A stretch of DNA of 64,000 nt from an uncultured Nitrososphaerota archaeon (GTDB lineage Archaea > Thermoproteota > Nitrososphaeria > Nitrososphaerales > Gagatemarchaeaceae), in NCBI GenBank assembly GCA_963838925.1, contig CAWISW010000003.1:416001-480000 (forward strand). The letters are read 5' to 3'. Shown here piece after piece: positions 48,202-57,961 of the stretch; position 1 is the first letter of the stretch; the number at the start of each line of letters is the position of its first letter. Made by a program: the position numbers and the translations under genes. The notes under the pieces are model-generated. The model was not told the origin of the DNA. It did no database searches and saw only the letters and a list, made by a program, of their open reading frames with translations.

Positions 48202-48966
48202 CTAGCCTACGCGCGTCCCGTCCAGCAGGAAGATGTCGGCGTCGGTCAGCCTGAACGAGCGCGACGAGAGGATGGGCCCAAAGTCGAAGCCGCCCTTGGC
48301 GTTGATAGCCTGACCTCCGACTAGGTTGTTGAACGGGGGCATAACTATCAGCTTTCCTTCTCCCTTCTTCACCGGGGGGTACCCCGCTTTGACGAGCATG
48401 TCGGCCACGTCATAGGCGGCGAAGAGCCAGACCGCCTCCTTGCTCCTAACCCCGAACCTGTCCCTCATCTCGTACCGAAAGTGCGAGTGGCCCATGACGA
48501 TGTTCCGAGACGTTATGACTTCCTGCGAGGGCCAGGAGTGCCCGTGTGTGATGCCGACCCTCTGCCTGGTTCCTATGACCGTCCCCTCCGCGGGGTGGAG
48601 CTTGACCCTACTCGGCAAGAGGAACTTTATCCCGCCGTCATGGTTCCCCGGGACGATCTCGACAGCAGAAAAGATGTCGAGGAGGGTGTCGAAGAACCAA
48701 GGTATCACCCCCCAGTCGATGTCCTCCACCTTCCCAATCGAGTGCTTGACGTCCCCGACTACGATTATCCTGTTGAGCCTGTTCTTCTCCGCCATCGAGT
48801 TGATCCTGTCGAGCATCTTCTGCGAATAGGGCGGGATCCTGAACCCCTTGGACGCCATCTCCTTCTCGAGACCAAGGTGGAGGTCGGAGACCAGCAGCGT
48901 GGCCGTCTCGCCCTCCTTGTGAATCAGGGCCGACTCGCCGGGGACCACTTTGAGCAAGGCGACCAA
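48202..48966 (-). CDS. Calcineurin-like metallophosphoesterase
   Basis: SDLHLG, GDVKH, GNHD, THGH, GHSH. Confidence 0.9.
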   Translation of the reverse strand: MVALLKVVPGESALIHKEGETATLLVSDLHLGLEKEMASKGFRIPPYSQKMLDRINSMAEKNRLNRIIVVGDVKHSIGKVEDIDWGVIPWFFDTLLDIFSAVEIVPGNHDGGIKFLLPSRVKLHPAEGTVIGTRQRVGITHGHSWPSQEVITSRNIVMGHSHFRYEMRDRFGVRSKEAVWLFAAYDVADMLVKAGYPPVKKGEGKLIVMPPFNNLVGGQAINAKGGFDFGPILSSRSFRLTDADIFLLDGTRVG

Positions 48967-49121
48967 CGCGGCCCGCCCCGTTGACTTTAATCCTTGCCCG
49001 GCCACCGAGAGTATAGAGGCCACTTAGGCCGACGTTGGGGGCAGTTGCCGACGAGGGCCAACTGAGCGACCGTCTTGTACTTCGGTAGCCGAGAAATAGC
49101 CAGCCGGTAAGAACTGGGCCC

Positions 49122-51527
49122 ATGAAAACACGGACGAAACTCTCAATCCTAATTCCACTAGTAATGTTGGGTGTGCTGCTGACGGCGAACGTCACGGCAT
49201 ACTCCTCAGACAACCAACAGTCAGACACGGCTACGCCGATAAAACACGTAGTCGTGATCTTCCAAGAGAACGTCTCAACCGACCACTATTTCGGGACATA
49301 TCCAAACGCGGCTAACCTGCCTAACGAGCCGTCGTTCATCCCGGTTCCGGATACTCCCACCGTCGTCGGCCTGACGGGCAATCTTCTCACCAGCAATCCT
49401 AACGAGCTGGTGACCGGCAACCCTGGCGACAATCCTGCTAGGCTTGACCGCACTCAGCCAGTGACCTGTGACAACGACCACGACTACACAGCGGAACAGG
49501 CGGCGTTCAACGGCGGACTGATGAACATGTTCCCAGAGCAAACGGGCTGCACGGGCGGCCCCGTCACTGTCCCAGGCAACGGCCTTGTCATGGACTACTA
49601 CGACGGCAACACCGTGACGGCCCTCTGGAACTACGCCCAGAACTTCGCGCTCAATGACAACGCCTTCGGGACAACCTTTGGCCCATCTACCCCAGGCGCG
49701 CTTAACGCGGTCTCAGGCCTCGGCGGCCCGGCGGTCGCCTCGACCGTCCAAGACGTCGCTGGCACGACAACGAACGTGCCTGGTCTGCTCGTCAACGGCC
49801 AAATCATAGGGGACGCCGACCCAACATACGACGATTGTTCCAGCGTATCCTCAACGAGTCCGACCCTCGCCATGACACCCGCGAGCGGCGCGGGGGCGCC
49901 CCTGAACATCGGGAACCTCCTCAACACCGCAGGCGACACCTGGGGCTGGTTCCAGGGCGGATTCACCCCGACGGTCCCGTACAACCCGACGACAGGCTCG
50001 CTGGCAGTATGCGGCTCCTCGAACGCGAATGTAGGAGGGACCACAGAAACGGCGTACAGCCCTCACCACGAGCCCTTCCAGTACTTCGCTTCGACCGCAA
50101 ATCCACACCACCTACCTCCAACCTCTCCATCGATGATCGGTCAGACCGACCAGGCGAACCACCAGTACGACCTCTCTTCCTTCTGGATAGCAGCCGACTC
50201 GGGCAACCTGCCGGCGGTCAGCTACCTGAAGGCGCCGAGATACCAGGACGGCCACCCGTCAAACTCTGACCCGCTCGACGAACAAGCGTGGCTGGTCAAC
50301 ACAGTCAACCAGCTCATGAGCCTCCCCACATGGAGCAGCACCGCGGTAATCATCAACTGGGACGACTCGGACGGCTGGTACGACAGCGTGATGCCCCCAA
50401 TCGTCAACCCATCGAGCACGTCCAGCGACGTCTTGAACGGAGCTGGAAGCTGCGGGGCGGGAACTTCGCCCCTCGGTGTTGAGGCTAGATGCGGCTACGG
50501 CCCGCGCATCCCCATACTGGTGATCTCTCCGTACGCCAAGTCAAACTACGTCGACAACACACTCGTCGACCAGAGCTCGATAGTCAGCTTCATCCAGTAC
50601 AACTGGCACCTCGGAAGCCTCGGCTCCGCGTCGTTCACCAACCTGGCCGGCTCGCTCCTGAACATGTTCGACTTCACGCACCCCCAGCCTCACGAGGGTG
50701 TGGTTCTCATGAACCCATCGACTGGCGAAGTGGTCCAGAACAACAACTTCCAGGGCCAGTTCCAGGGGCAGAGCCTGGATCAAGGCCAAGGGCAGAAGTT
50801 GGCTCCTGGCACGCCTAACCTCGGCACAACCTCAACTTGCACCGACGTCGACACGAACCCCGACGTCTGCGCAACCGAGAACGACTTCAGCAACAACGCG
50901 ATCGCCAGTGCGAACGACGTCTGGTTCAGCGCGTCAGCGGACATCACCCCCAAGGAGTCCTCTTTGCCGCTCACTGTCCACTTCACGGGACAGTGGATCA
51001 ACCTGCAGCTGCAGGGCGGTAACGGCCTCCCACTCCAAATCCCGGCGCCCAACGCCGAAGTGGTCTTCAGCTCGAGCGCGACCTCCGCCACGACGACTTA
51101 CACGGGAGGACAGTGGGTGACCACCGTACCCGTGGGCTTCACAGGAAACGTCTTCATCGGCGGAGTGGCCTACCAGGCGCCGAACGGCGTCTCCCTCGCG
51201 GGAGCCAAGGTGGACTGGACGGGCGTGTTCAGCGGGACGACCAACTCATTCACACTCCAGTGGCAATGGGGCGCCGCAGTCTATTCTAGCCTAGGCAGCG
51301 GCCTCGGCACCACCGCCTTCTACAACGCCCTCGGAGTCAAGCCAATCGACGCCAACGCAGGCAGCGCATACCTCAACAACGACAACGCAGGCACCCCAGA
51401 GAACTTCAAGGCGAGCTTCGTATCGAGCGCAACCGGAGGGCACGGCCCGTTCGGTCCCAATCAGTACACAGGCGTGTACAACCAGCCCGGGAACGCATAC
51501 TACCAGGCATACCTTCTCAACCAGTAG
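49122..51527 (+). CDS. Secreted phospholipase C/acid phosphatase family protein with C-terminal beta domain
   Basis: IKHVVVIFQEN, FGPSTPG, HHEPFQY, WDDSDGWYD, GYGPRIP. Confidence 0.9.
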   Translation: MKTRTKLSILIPLVMLGVLLTANVTAYSSDNQQSDTATPIKHVVVIFQENVSTDHYFGTYPNAANLPNEPSFIPVPDTPTVVGLTGNLLTSNPNELVTGNPGDNPARLDRTQPVTCDNDHDYTAEQAAFNGGLMNMFPEQTGCTGGPVTVPGNGLVMDYYDGNTVTALWNYAQNFALNDNAFGTTFGPSTPGALNAVSGLGGPAVASTVQDVAGTTTNVPGLLVNGQIIGDADPTYDDCSSVSSTSPTLAMTPASGAGAPLNIGNLLNTAGDTWGWFQGGFTPTVPYNPTTGSLAVCGSSNANVGGTTETAYSPHHEPFQYFASTANPHHLPPTSPSMIGQTDQANHQYDLSSFWIAADSGNLPAVSYLKAPRYQDGHPSNSDPLDEQAWLVNTVNQLMSLPTWSSTAVIINWDDSDGWYDSVMPPIVNPSSTSSDVLNGAGSCGAGTSPLGVEARCGYGPRIPILVISPYAKSNYVDNTLVDQSSIVSFIQYNWHLGSLGSASFTNLAGSLLNMFDFTHPQPHEGVVLMNPSTGEVVQNNNFQGQFQGQSLDQGQGQKLAPGTPNLGTTSTCTDVDTNPDVCATENDFSNNAIASANDVWFSASADITPKESSLPLTVHFTGQWINLQLQGGNGLPLQIPAPNAEVVFSSSATSATTTYTGGQWVTTVPVGFTGNVFIGGVAYQAPNGVSLAGAKVDWTGVFSGTTNSFTLQWQWGAAVYSSLGSGLGTTAFYNALGVKPIDANAGSAYLNNDNAGTPENFKASFVSSATGGHGPFGPNQYTGVYNQPGNAYYQAYLLNQ

Positions 51528-51575
51528 GACAGGACAGGGGAGCGCGGCGAGAGCCGCACCCCTCCCAAGCTTTTC

Positions 51576-52295
51576 TCACTGCGAAGCGATAAGAGGGAGT
51601 ATCTCGTTCCTTACGTACCTCTTGAAGTCGGGGAGCTCGGTCCGGCTGAAGACCGTCACCACACAGTTCCTCGTCACCCCGACGACGTAGCCATACTTCT
51701 GCGACTTCACCACCGCGTACCAGATCTTGCCGTGCGTGAGATAGTCGTTGTAGAGGTTCGTAGTTCCCAGCCCTTCCCCGTAGAGGGAGAGCTTGGAGAT
51801 GTTCGGGAGGTCGATGTCGTCGAAGAAGAGGATCTTCGTCATCTCGAAGTTCTCCTCGTGGAACCTCTTCAGGGTTTCCGGAGCGATCCTTCCCTCGACG
51901 ATCTGGCCGAGGCTCATGAAGAGGGCCTTGCTCATCTCGTTGGCGATGTTGTTCGCCCTGCTCTTCTTGTCGAAGACGCTGAGAAAGAGGTTCTTCCCGA
52001 AGAGGTCGAACGAGAACGGCGCTTCGTAAGTCCTGACCATGGGCACGGACTTGCCGTGCTGGTTTACCTGGAACACGGTGTCGAAGGAGAACGTCCCCTC
52101 GAGGCCCTCCTTGGAGATGTCCAGGTCGGTGATCTCGGAGAGGAGGTTGAAGCTGTCGCCTTCGATCCTGACCTCCTGCTCGAGCTTGAAGTCCTTCAGC
52201 TTCGATGCGACGAGCGGGAGGTTCCGCTCCTCCTTCACGACAAAGACCTTCGCTGCGAGGACCAAGACGGAGGGAGGCCCTTCGAGCATGTTCAA
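51576..52295 (-). CDS. Conserved-looking hypothetical protein divergent from the SMC-like gene
   Basis: Long ORF with host-like codon usage; start may be TTG near 52265. Confidence 0.7.
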   Translation of the reverse strand: MNMLEGPPSVLVLAAKVFVVKEERNLPLVASKLKDFKLEQEVRIEGDSFNLLSEITDLDISKEGLEGTFSFDTVFQVNQHGKSVPMVRTYEAPFSFDLFGKNLFLSVFDKKSRANNIANEMSKALFMSLGQIVEGRIAPETLKRFHEENFEMTKILFFDDIDLPNISKLSLYGEGLGTTNLYNDYLTHGKIWYAVVKSQKYGYVVGVTRNCVVTVFSRTELPDFKRYVRNEILPLIASQ

Positions 52296-52402
52296 AAGGT
52301 AATCGCAGGAAGTCCTCGACGCGCCCGAATTACCGCGGTTTTTCGGCCGTTTTCATACCACAGGCCTAAAATACCATCGGGCTTTGGGAAGTTTAGCGTA
52401 CC

Positions 52403-54433
52403 TTGTCCGGACCTTTTGAAGAGCTGTCGACTGAGCAAGAGAAGGCGTTTTCCCCGCCCATCAAGGAGATAATCCTCGAGAACTTCATGAGCTACGAGTA
52501 CGCCCGGATCCCGCTCAACCAGGGCCTCAACCTCATCGTCGGTCCCAACGGGGCGGGCAAGTCGTCCATCCTGCTCGCCATATCCGTGGCCTTCGGGCAG
52601 GCCTACACCGAGCGCTCGAGGAAGCTGAGCGACCTCATCAGGAGGGGCAAGGACATCGCAAGGGTCTCCCTAATCTTCGACAACCGGGTCAGGGAAGGGA
52701 AGAGGCCCATCCCATACTCAAAGGCCGACACCTTCATGCTCTCCCGCTACCTTCGGAAGGACGGCTCCTACTGGTACGAGGCCGACTACAAGGAGATAGA
52801 CAAGAGCGAGGTCGTGAGGCTCCTTCGCGAGTTCGGGATAAACCCCGACAACCTACTGATCATCATGCACCAGGGGATGATCGAGGAGCTGGGCGCGATC
52901 TCGCAGGAGCAGCGGCTCGTCATGGTGGAGGAGGCGGTGGGCTTCCGCGAGTACAGGGAGAGGATCCTCGCCGCGGAGGCGGACCTCAACAGCATGGTGA
53001 GCGAGGAGGGCTCGCTCGTCCAGCTCATCGACAACGCCAACCAGACGATAGAGTACTGGAAGCAGATCTACGACAGGTACCTTGAGAAGAAGAGGCTCGA
53101 GGAGCACAGGACCCTCCTCGAGAGGGAGCTGCTCTGGGCGCAGGAGGGGAAGCTCTCCCGTTCGCTTTCCTCGATGGCAGAGAGGCTGGAGGCAAAGCGC
53201 GAGTCGCTCGCCGACCTGAGGGAGCAGCAGAAGAAGGCCGGGGGCGAGGCGGAGGGGCACCGCAAGGCCCTGGGCGAGAGGCAGGTCGAGGTCAGGAAGC
53301 TCTACGGGGCTCTCATCAGGGCAGAGAGGGACCGCTCCGGACGCGAGTCCGCCCGCGAGGCGATGAAGGGGCTCCACGACGAGCTCGAGACGCTAACGAA
53401 GGACCTCGAGGAACTGGTGGGCAGCCCCAACGCGCTGGACTCGCGCAGGTCGAAGCGCATCAAGGAGTTCATCGAGTTCGCATCGAAGAAGTCTGGCAGC
53501 GACTCCGAGGAGGCCGGACGCAAGAAGACCGAGCTCGACAGGGAGGTCTCGTCTCTGCAGGCGGAAGTGAGCGGCGTCGAGGACGCGATAAGGAAGGTCA
53601 CCGACGATTACATCGCCCAGCGCGTGAGGTTCGAGGTCCTCGAGTACAGGACCAAGGTCACCGAGTCCGAGATCAGGGAGCTGGAGAGGTCGGAGAGGGA
53701 GGTCAGGGGAGAGCTCGACGCCATGAAGCCCGACCTGGAGAGGGCGGGCGAGAGGATAGTGACGCAGCGCGCGCCCTACGAGGTCTCCGAGGAGCTGAAG
53801 CTCGTCTCGGCCCAGCTGCAGAAGCTTCAGGACCTCCCCGACGACGCCGAGAAGATCTACAGGGACTACACGGGGAACCTCGAGGGCCTGAAGGGCAAGC
53901 TCGAGGAGCTCCAAGGCAACAAGAAGCTGATGCTGCTAGAGCTCGAGGAGAGGAAGAAGGCGTGGAAGAACGCCGTCCAGAGCCTCATCGACGAGGTCGC
54001 GCCCATCTACAAGCAGGTTCTCTCGACGGTCGGGGCGACGGGCGCCATCAGGCTGGACGAGGGAGGCTCCGTCGCCGAGGCCGGGCTTCAGCTCCTCGTC
54101 GGCTTCAAGGGCGCTGAGCCGGCGATCCTCGACCCTTACACGCAGAGCGGAGGCGAGAGGTCGGTCGCGCTGGTCGCGTTCATGTTGTCGCTCCAGAGCA
54201 GGATCATCTCTCCGCTGAGGGCCATGGACGAGTTCGACATCCACATGGACCCGCGCAACAGGGAGGCGATCTTCAAGATGATCCTCGCTCAGGGGAAGAG
54301 GAACCCCAACTCGCAGCACATCGTCATCACGCCGTCGATAATCTCCGTGGCGGACAGGACCGCCCACGTGATCACTGTCCAGTCTGTCCACGGCTCGTCC
54401 CAGGTGAAGGAGTATTCCGGCAGCAGAAGATAG
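52403..54433 (+). CDS. Short Smc5/6-related SMC-like ATPase
   Basis: LENFMSY, GPNGAGKSS, coiled coil, QSGGERSVA, MDEFDIHMDPRN, ITP. Confidence 0.85.
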   Translation: MSGPFEELSTEQEKAFSPPIKEIILENFMSYEYARIPLNQGLNLIVGPNGAGKSSILLAISVAFGQAYTERSRKLSDLIRRGKDIARVSLIFDNRVREGKRPIPYSKADTFMLSRYLRKDGSYWYEADYKEIDKSEVVRLLREFGINPDNLLIIMHQGMIEELGAISQEQRLVMVEEAVGFREYRERILAAEADLNSMVSEEGSLVQLIDNANQTIEYWKQIYDRYLEKKRLEEHRTLLERELLWAQEGKLSRSLSSMAERLEAKRESLADLREQQKKAGGEAEGHRKALGERQVEVRKLYGALIRAERDRSGRESAREAMKGLHDELETLTKDLEELVGSPNALDSRRSKRIKEFIEFASKKSGSDSEEAGRKKTELDREVSSLQAEVSGVEDAIRKVTDDYIAQRVRFEVLEYRTKVTESEIRELERSEREVRGELDAMKPDLERAGERIVTQRAPYEVSEELKLVSAQLQKLQDLPDDAEKIYRDYTGNLEGLKGKLEELQGNKKLMLLELEERKKAWKNAVQSLIDEVAPIYKQVLSTVGATGAIRLDEGGSVAEAGLQLLVGFKGAEPAILDPYTQSGGERSVALVAFMLSLQSRIISPLRAMDEFDIHMDPRNREAIFKMILAQGKRNPNSQHIVITPSIISVADRTAHVITVQSVHGSSQVKEYSGSRR

Positions 54434-54439
54434 GGCTCG

Positions 54440-54566
54440 CGACAAGAAGCTCGAGGACGGGCTCTCCCGTGGAACCCTGAGGCGCGGCGGGAACCACGCC
54501 GGCTGCGGATGCGCCGTCGGCGAGCAGGGCGAGAGAGTCCACATCCAGCCGATTTCCGGAGCCTAG
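54440..54566 (+). pseudogene. Distal half of the Tes-like 3' fragment, reading frame intact
   Basis: DKKLEDGLSRGTLRRGGNHAGCGCAVGEQGERVHIQPISGA*, matches 25474-25600. Confidence 0.85.
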
Positions 54567-54750
54567 ACAGGAAAGAACGAACCTCGCCGAGGGACTTTCC
54601 GTTGGCCAGGCTAGGGTCAAGGCAATCTTTGGGCGTCTAGGCGGAAGAATCGGAATCTTATTTCAGCGAAGTAGCAAGAATGAGCGAATTTGCCGAATTA
54701 GTTAGATAAGGCGTAAATAATCGCGACGATGTTAATGCGAATAGGGCGAT

Positions 54751-55089
54751 ATGACTATTGGCAACTTGGTGCCAATGACGTCTGCTTACTCAGGATGGGG
54801 CGCGGTTGGTCGAGACCAAAAGAGCGGAGGAAAGCGAAGGTCGCATATCGAGGTCGAAGCCGCGATTCTCAGAGCGCTCGTTTCCGAGTATCTCACGATA
54901 AACCAGCTCGCGATCCGTGTGAACCTGAACAGAGTCCTTGCTAAGAACTATGTCAAGGAACTGTCTCAGAAAGGGCGGGTCGAAAGCAAGAAGACAAAAG
55001 GGCTCGCTAGGTACTCGGCCTCTCAGAACGGAGTCGCATGGTTGAAGCGCTTCGAGACCTTGGCAAGTAATCCGAGATACGGATTATAG
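54751..55089 (+). CDS. Winged-helix regulator
   Basis: KRRSHIEV..ILR...TINQLAIRVNLN. Confidence 0.75.
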   Translation: MTIGNLVPMTSAYSGWGAVGRDQKSGGKRRSHIEVEAAILRALVSEYLTINQLAIRVNLNRVLAKNYVKELSQKGRVESKKTKGLARYSASQNGVAWLKRFETLASNPRYGL

Positions 55090-55230
55090 ATACCGGATGA
55101 TAGTTTCTGCCTGCCTTAACTAGTTGACAATTGCCTTTAAGCGCCAATGATGCCAATTGCGCACTCGACGCGGTCGATAATCTTCCTAAGATCCTCAAAA
55201 ACAAAGAAAAGCTCGGTCTCGGCGCATGCG

Positions 55231-56481
55231 ATGAGAACTGCGTTAACGATATCGGTATTGCTTTTGCTGGTCGCGGCTCGAACTCAACCAATTGGCGCAA
55301 CAACTTCGACGAGCTCCCACACACCAACTTCGAGATATGATGCAACTCGGGCGGCAAGCTCTATGGTTGCCGCGGAATCCTCAAACGTCTACGTCGGTAG
55401 CTACTCTGCGATTTCAGGTCTGAGTGTGCAATCTGGCGGGGCTCCGCTCTTCTGCGGCCCTATTTTTGTGTCAAGTTCAACTATTCTCAACCTGACCACG
55501 ACAAAGGAACCCGACACAGTGACATCTAACTCTAAGGAATGCTACTACCTCCCCACTTTCTACTATCCAAGTCACAGCGCAGATTCATTTTCGTCAGAGA
55601 GGCAGGCGACTTTCTATGTCGACAATTCGACCATGAAGGTGGCGCTTGTCATGGACACTGCGCGCGAACCTGTTTCATATTGGAAGTGCAGTTACTGCTG
55701 GTCTGGATATGAGGTAAAGTAGACAGCATATGCAGTCGCCTCCTATGTGGACGTCCCCTATGTATCCGACTCTTCTTCAAATGGATTTGTGGGCACTGTT
55801 AACAGCACACAATGCTGCATAGTTTCCACATGGGTCGGTGAGGGTGATGCGCAGGGCGCATCGGACAACAATTGGTCGCAAGACGGCTATGTCATCAACG
55901 ATGCCGGTGCATGGAGTCACTACGGCTATACCTACGGATTCTGGTATGCCTTCTTCCATGTAGGTGGAATCTCAACCGACAATGTCTTCGATCAATATTC
56001 AATGGATTCGTGTGTCAACGCAGGCGACAACGTCGAGAGCTACCTGGAGAAGGATGTTAGTGGCCTAAACTACCTCTATTGGGCAGAGATTGACGACCTG
56101 TCGAGTTCGAGTTGCAGCTTGACGACCGGCAACTACAACATGGACCTCAACTATGATTGGTCCTATGTGGAGTCCGAGGCCCCCAGCTACCACACGGACT
56201 CGGGAACGCCACCTCAACCGCAAACGGCGCAATGGCCATATTTCAATAACTACGCCCAAGCCTCTGCTTCGATGGGCATCTCCGCGGACGCATACGACTC
56301 AAGCTACACCGCGTATGGCTTCGACTCATCGACCGTAACAAACTATGGTAGCAACCCCACGCAAGGCGATTCCGCGTACACGCCTTGCGACAGTGATGAC
56401 AACTCTTATCCTAGCTCTTGGGCCTCGTCAACCACATTCTATGCCATGTATGGAGACAGTGAGTACGAAACGACGTGCTAG
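55231..56481 (+). pseudogene. Secreted G1-peptidase-like gene with one in-frame TAG (55720-55722)
   Basis: Two same-frame ORFs join as WSGYEVK*TAYAV; STWVG, WSQDG, VESEAP. Confidence 0.7.
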
Positions 56482-56530
56482 GAGTGACCACTGAACAAAG
56501 CATCCATATGGATCTCGATTAAAAATCGCC

Positions 56531-56947
56531 TTAAGCAGGAGTTTCTTGAAAGGCCGAAATCGTTTGGTAAAGAAATATTACGAACCCTATGAAGATTACG
56601 ATTAAGGGAAATATGTAGTAAGAGATTGCCGGGACCGGCGGTCGAAGGATCGTAAGCAGGAAGACGAGCGCGGCTCCGAAAAACGCGGAAAAAGTGCCGG
56701 ACAATGGAATGACCATTCGCCGGAATCGTATCATGTTCTCGAAAACCAAACGGTCCGCCACGTAACCATCACGTGTCTCCTGAATCAGGCCAAACCGTAA
56801 GAGCTTTTGAACGTGATATTCCGCAACAGATGGTGAGCTGAGTCCGAGGTTTCGATGAATGTCGGAAAGACGAATCGGACCACGTCTGTAAACATGGCGA
56901 TAGACCTTGAGAGTAGTTCCCGAAATAGCATCGTTTGCCGTGGGCAA
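56531..56947 (-). CDS. wHTH protein with two C-terminal TM helices
   Basis: GTTLKVY...LGLSSPSVAEYHVQKL, hydrophobic C-terminus. Confidence 0.8.
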   Translation of the reverse strand: MPTANDAISGTTLKVYRHVYRRGPIRLSDIHRNLGLSSPSVAEYHVQKLLRFGLIQETRDGYVADRLVFENMIRFRRMVIPLSGTFSAFFGAALVFLLTILRPPVPAISYYIFPLIVIFIGFVIFLYQTISAFQETPA

Positions 56948-57095
56948 TCATCGGGTTAATTGTCGACGCGGGTATTTTGCCTTTCGAAGAGGCGCTCGAA
57001 GTCCTCTGAAGAGAAGGAATACATAACACGTTTGAATTATTCGCGGAGAGGATTTCTAAACCATAGCAATATACTCGTCCGCGAACGTTTCTAAA

Positions 57096-57773
57096 GTGAT
57101 GTCAGAATATCGACGACAACTCCTCACTGGGGTAGTCCTAGCAATACTACTCTCGGCACTTTTTGCGTTCGAATTGGAGTCGTACTTCTCACCTGCTAAG
57201 AGTAACGAACCCTCCCTAGCCAAATCCAGTTCCATAGATACAGATTTGGGACTCAATTTCACTTTGACCGCTAAACCTTCAAGTCTTCAAGAGGGAGATA
57301 ACGTGACGATTGGGGTGTATCTCTTCAACATACTTCCTTCGACTAACAACCTTACTTCTCCGACTTCAAATCTTTATTCGCTGGGGCCGTGTCCCACGAC
57401 TCTTCCGTTTTGGTTCGAAGTTATTCAGGGAAACTATGAGGCCGATAACATGTCTCAAGGGCAGCCGCTCGCATTGTGGCAGGCATACCCTTACTGCGCA
57501 AATAGCATTCCTGTCCAGAACTACTCGTTTGAAGTGCGCAGCGATAATGTAACTGTCGCACTTGCTACCACAACTCTTGGTGAGAAGCAAGTCATTTTTT
57601 CCGAATCTGCTTCCTACATCGACAGCTATTTTGGATCATGGGGAGTGCTGACCCATCCCGACTCGCGTTTCGCGTTGTTCCAACCTGGAGAGTACACGGT
57701 AGCGGCGGGAGACTCTTGGGGGCAAGAAGACATACTACATTTCCGAGTTGTGGCTACACGAACAAGCCCGTAG
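57096..57773 (+). CDS. Membrane-anchored extracellular protein, paralog of 22755-23510
   Basis: NILP, GNY, FQPGEYTVAAGDSWGQ. Confidence 0.75.
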   Translation: MMSEYRRQLLTGVVLAILLSALFAFELESYFSPAKSNEPSLAKSSSIDTDLGLNFTLTAKPSSLQEGDNVTIGVYLFNILPSTNNLTSPTSNLYSLGPCPTTLPFWFEVIQGNYEADNMSQGQPLALWQAYPYCANSIPVQNYSFEVRSDNVTVALATTTLGEKQVIFSESASYIDSYFGSWGVLTHPDSRFALFQPGEYTVAAGDSWGQEDILHFRVVATRTSP

Positions 57774-57897
57774 CCTCACCTCAGCATCGCACTCTTCTGC
57801 TTGTTCAAGGTAATACACGAGTGGCACCGCGACAAGATTCACCAAAAGTGCGGCTCCCGATTGAGGTGTAGATAGCTAAGAACGACAAGAAGCTCGA
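57774..57897 (+). pseudogene. Proximal half of the Tes-like 3' fragment, decayed
   Basis: Aligns with about 25357-25488, with indels and substitutions. Confidence 0.8.
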
Positions 57898-57961
57898 AAG
57901 GCAATTGCCTCGAACTAAGCTGAGGGTGGGTGCAGATATCCTAGCGCAATCTTGATTTGTA

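Larger units (their letters stand above)
54440..57897. mobile_element. Integrase-less cassette bounded by 15-bp direct repeats
   Basis: CGACAAGAAGCTCGA at 54440-54454 and 57883-57897; permuted Tes-like halves at the ends. Confidence 0.8.

Noticed and set aside
22755-57773. Diversity-generating retroelement behind the repeated fragments
   Set aside because: No reverse transcriptase in the window and the differences are not adenine-specific.
57883-57903. Resemblance of the tes repeat flank (GAC-N9-GAAAGGCA) to the trnW site (GAC-N8-GACAGGCA)
   Set aside because: Spacer lengths differ and the match is short; may be chance.
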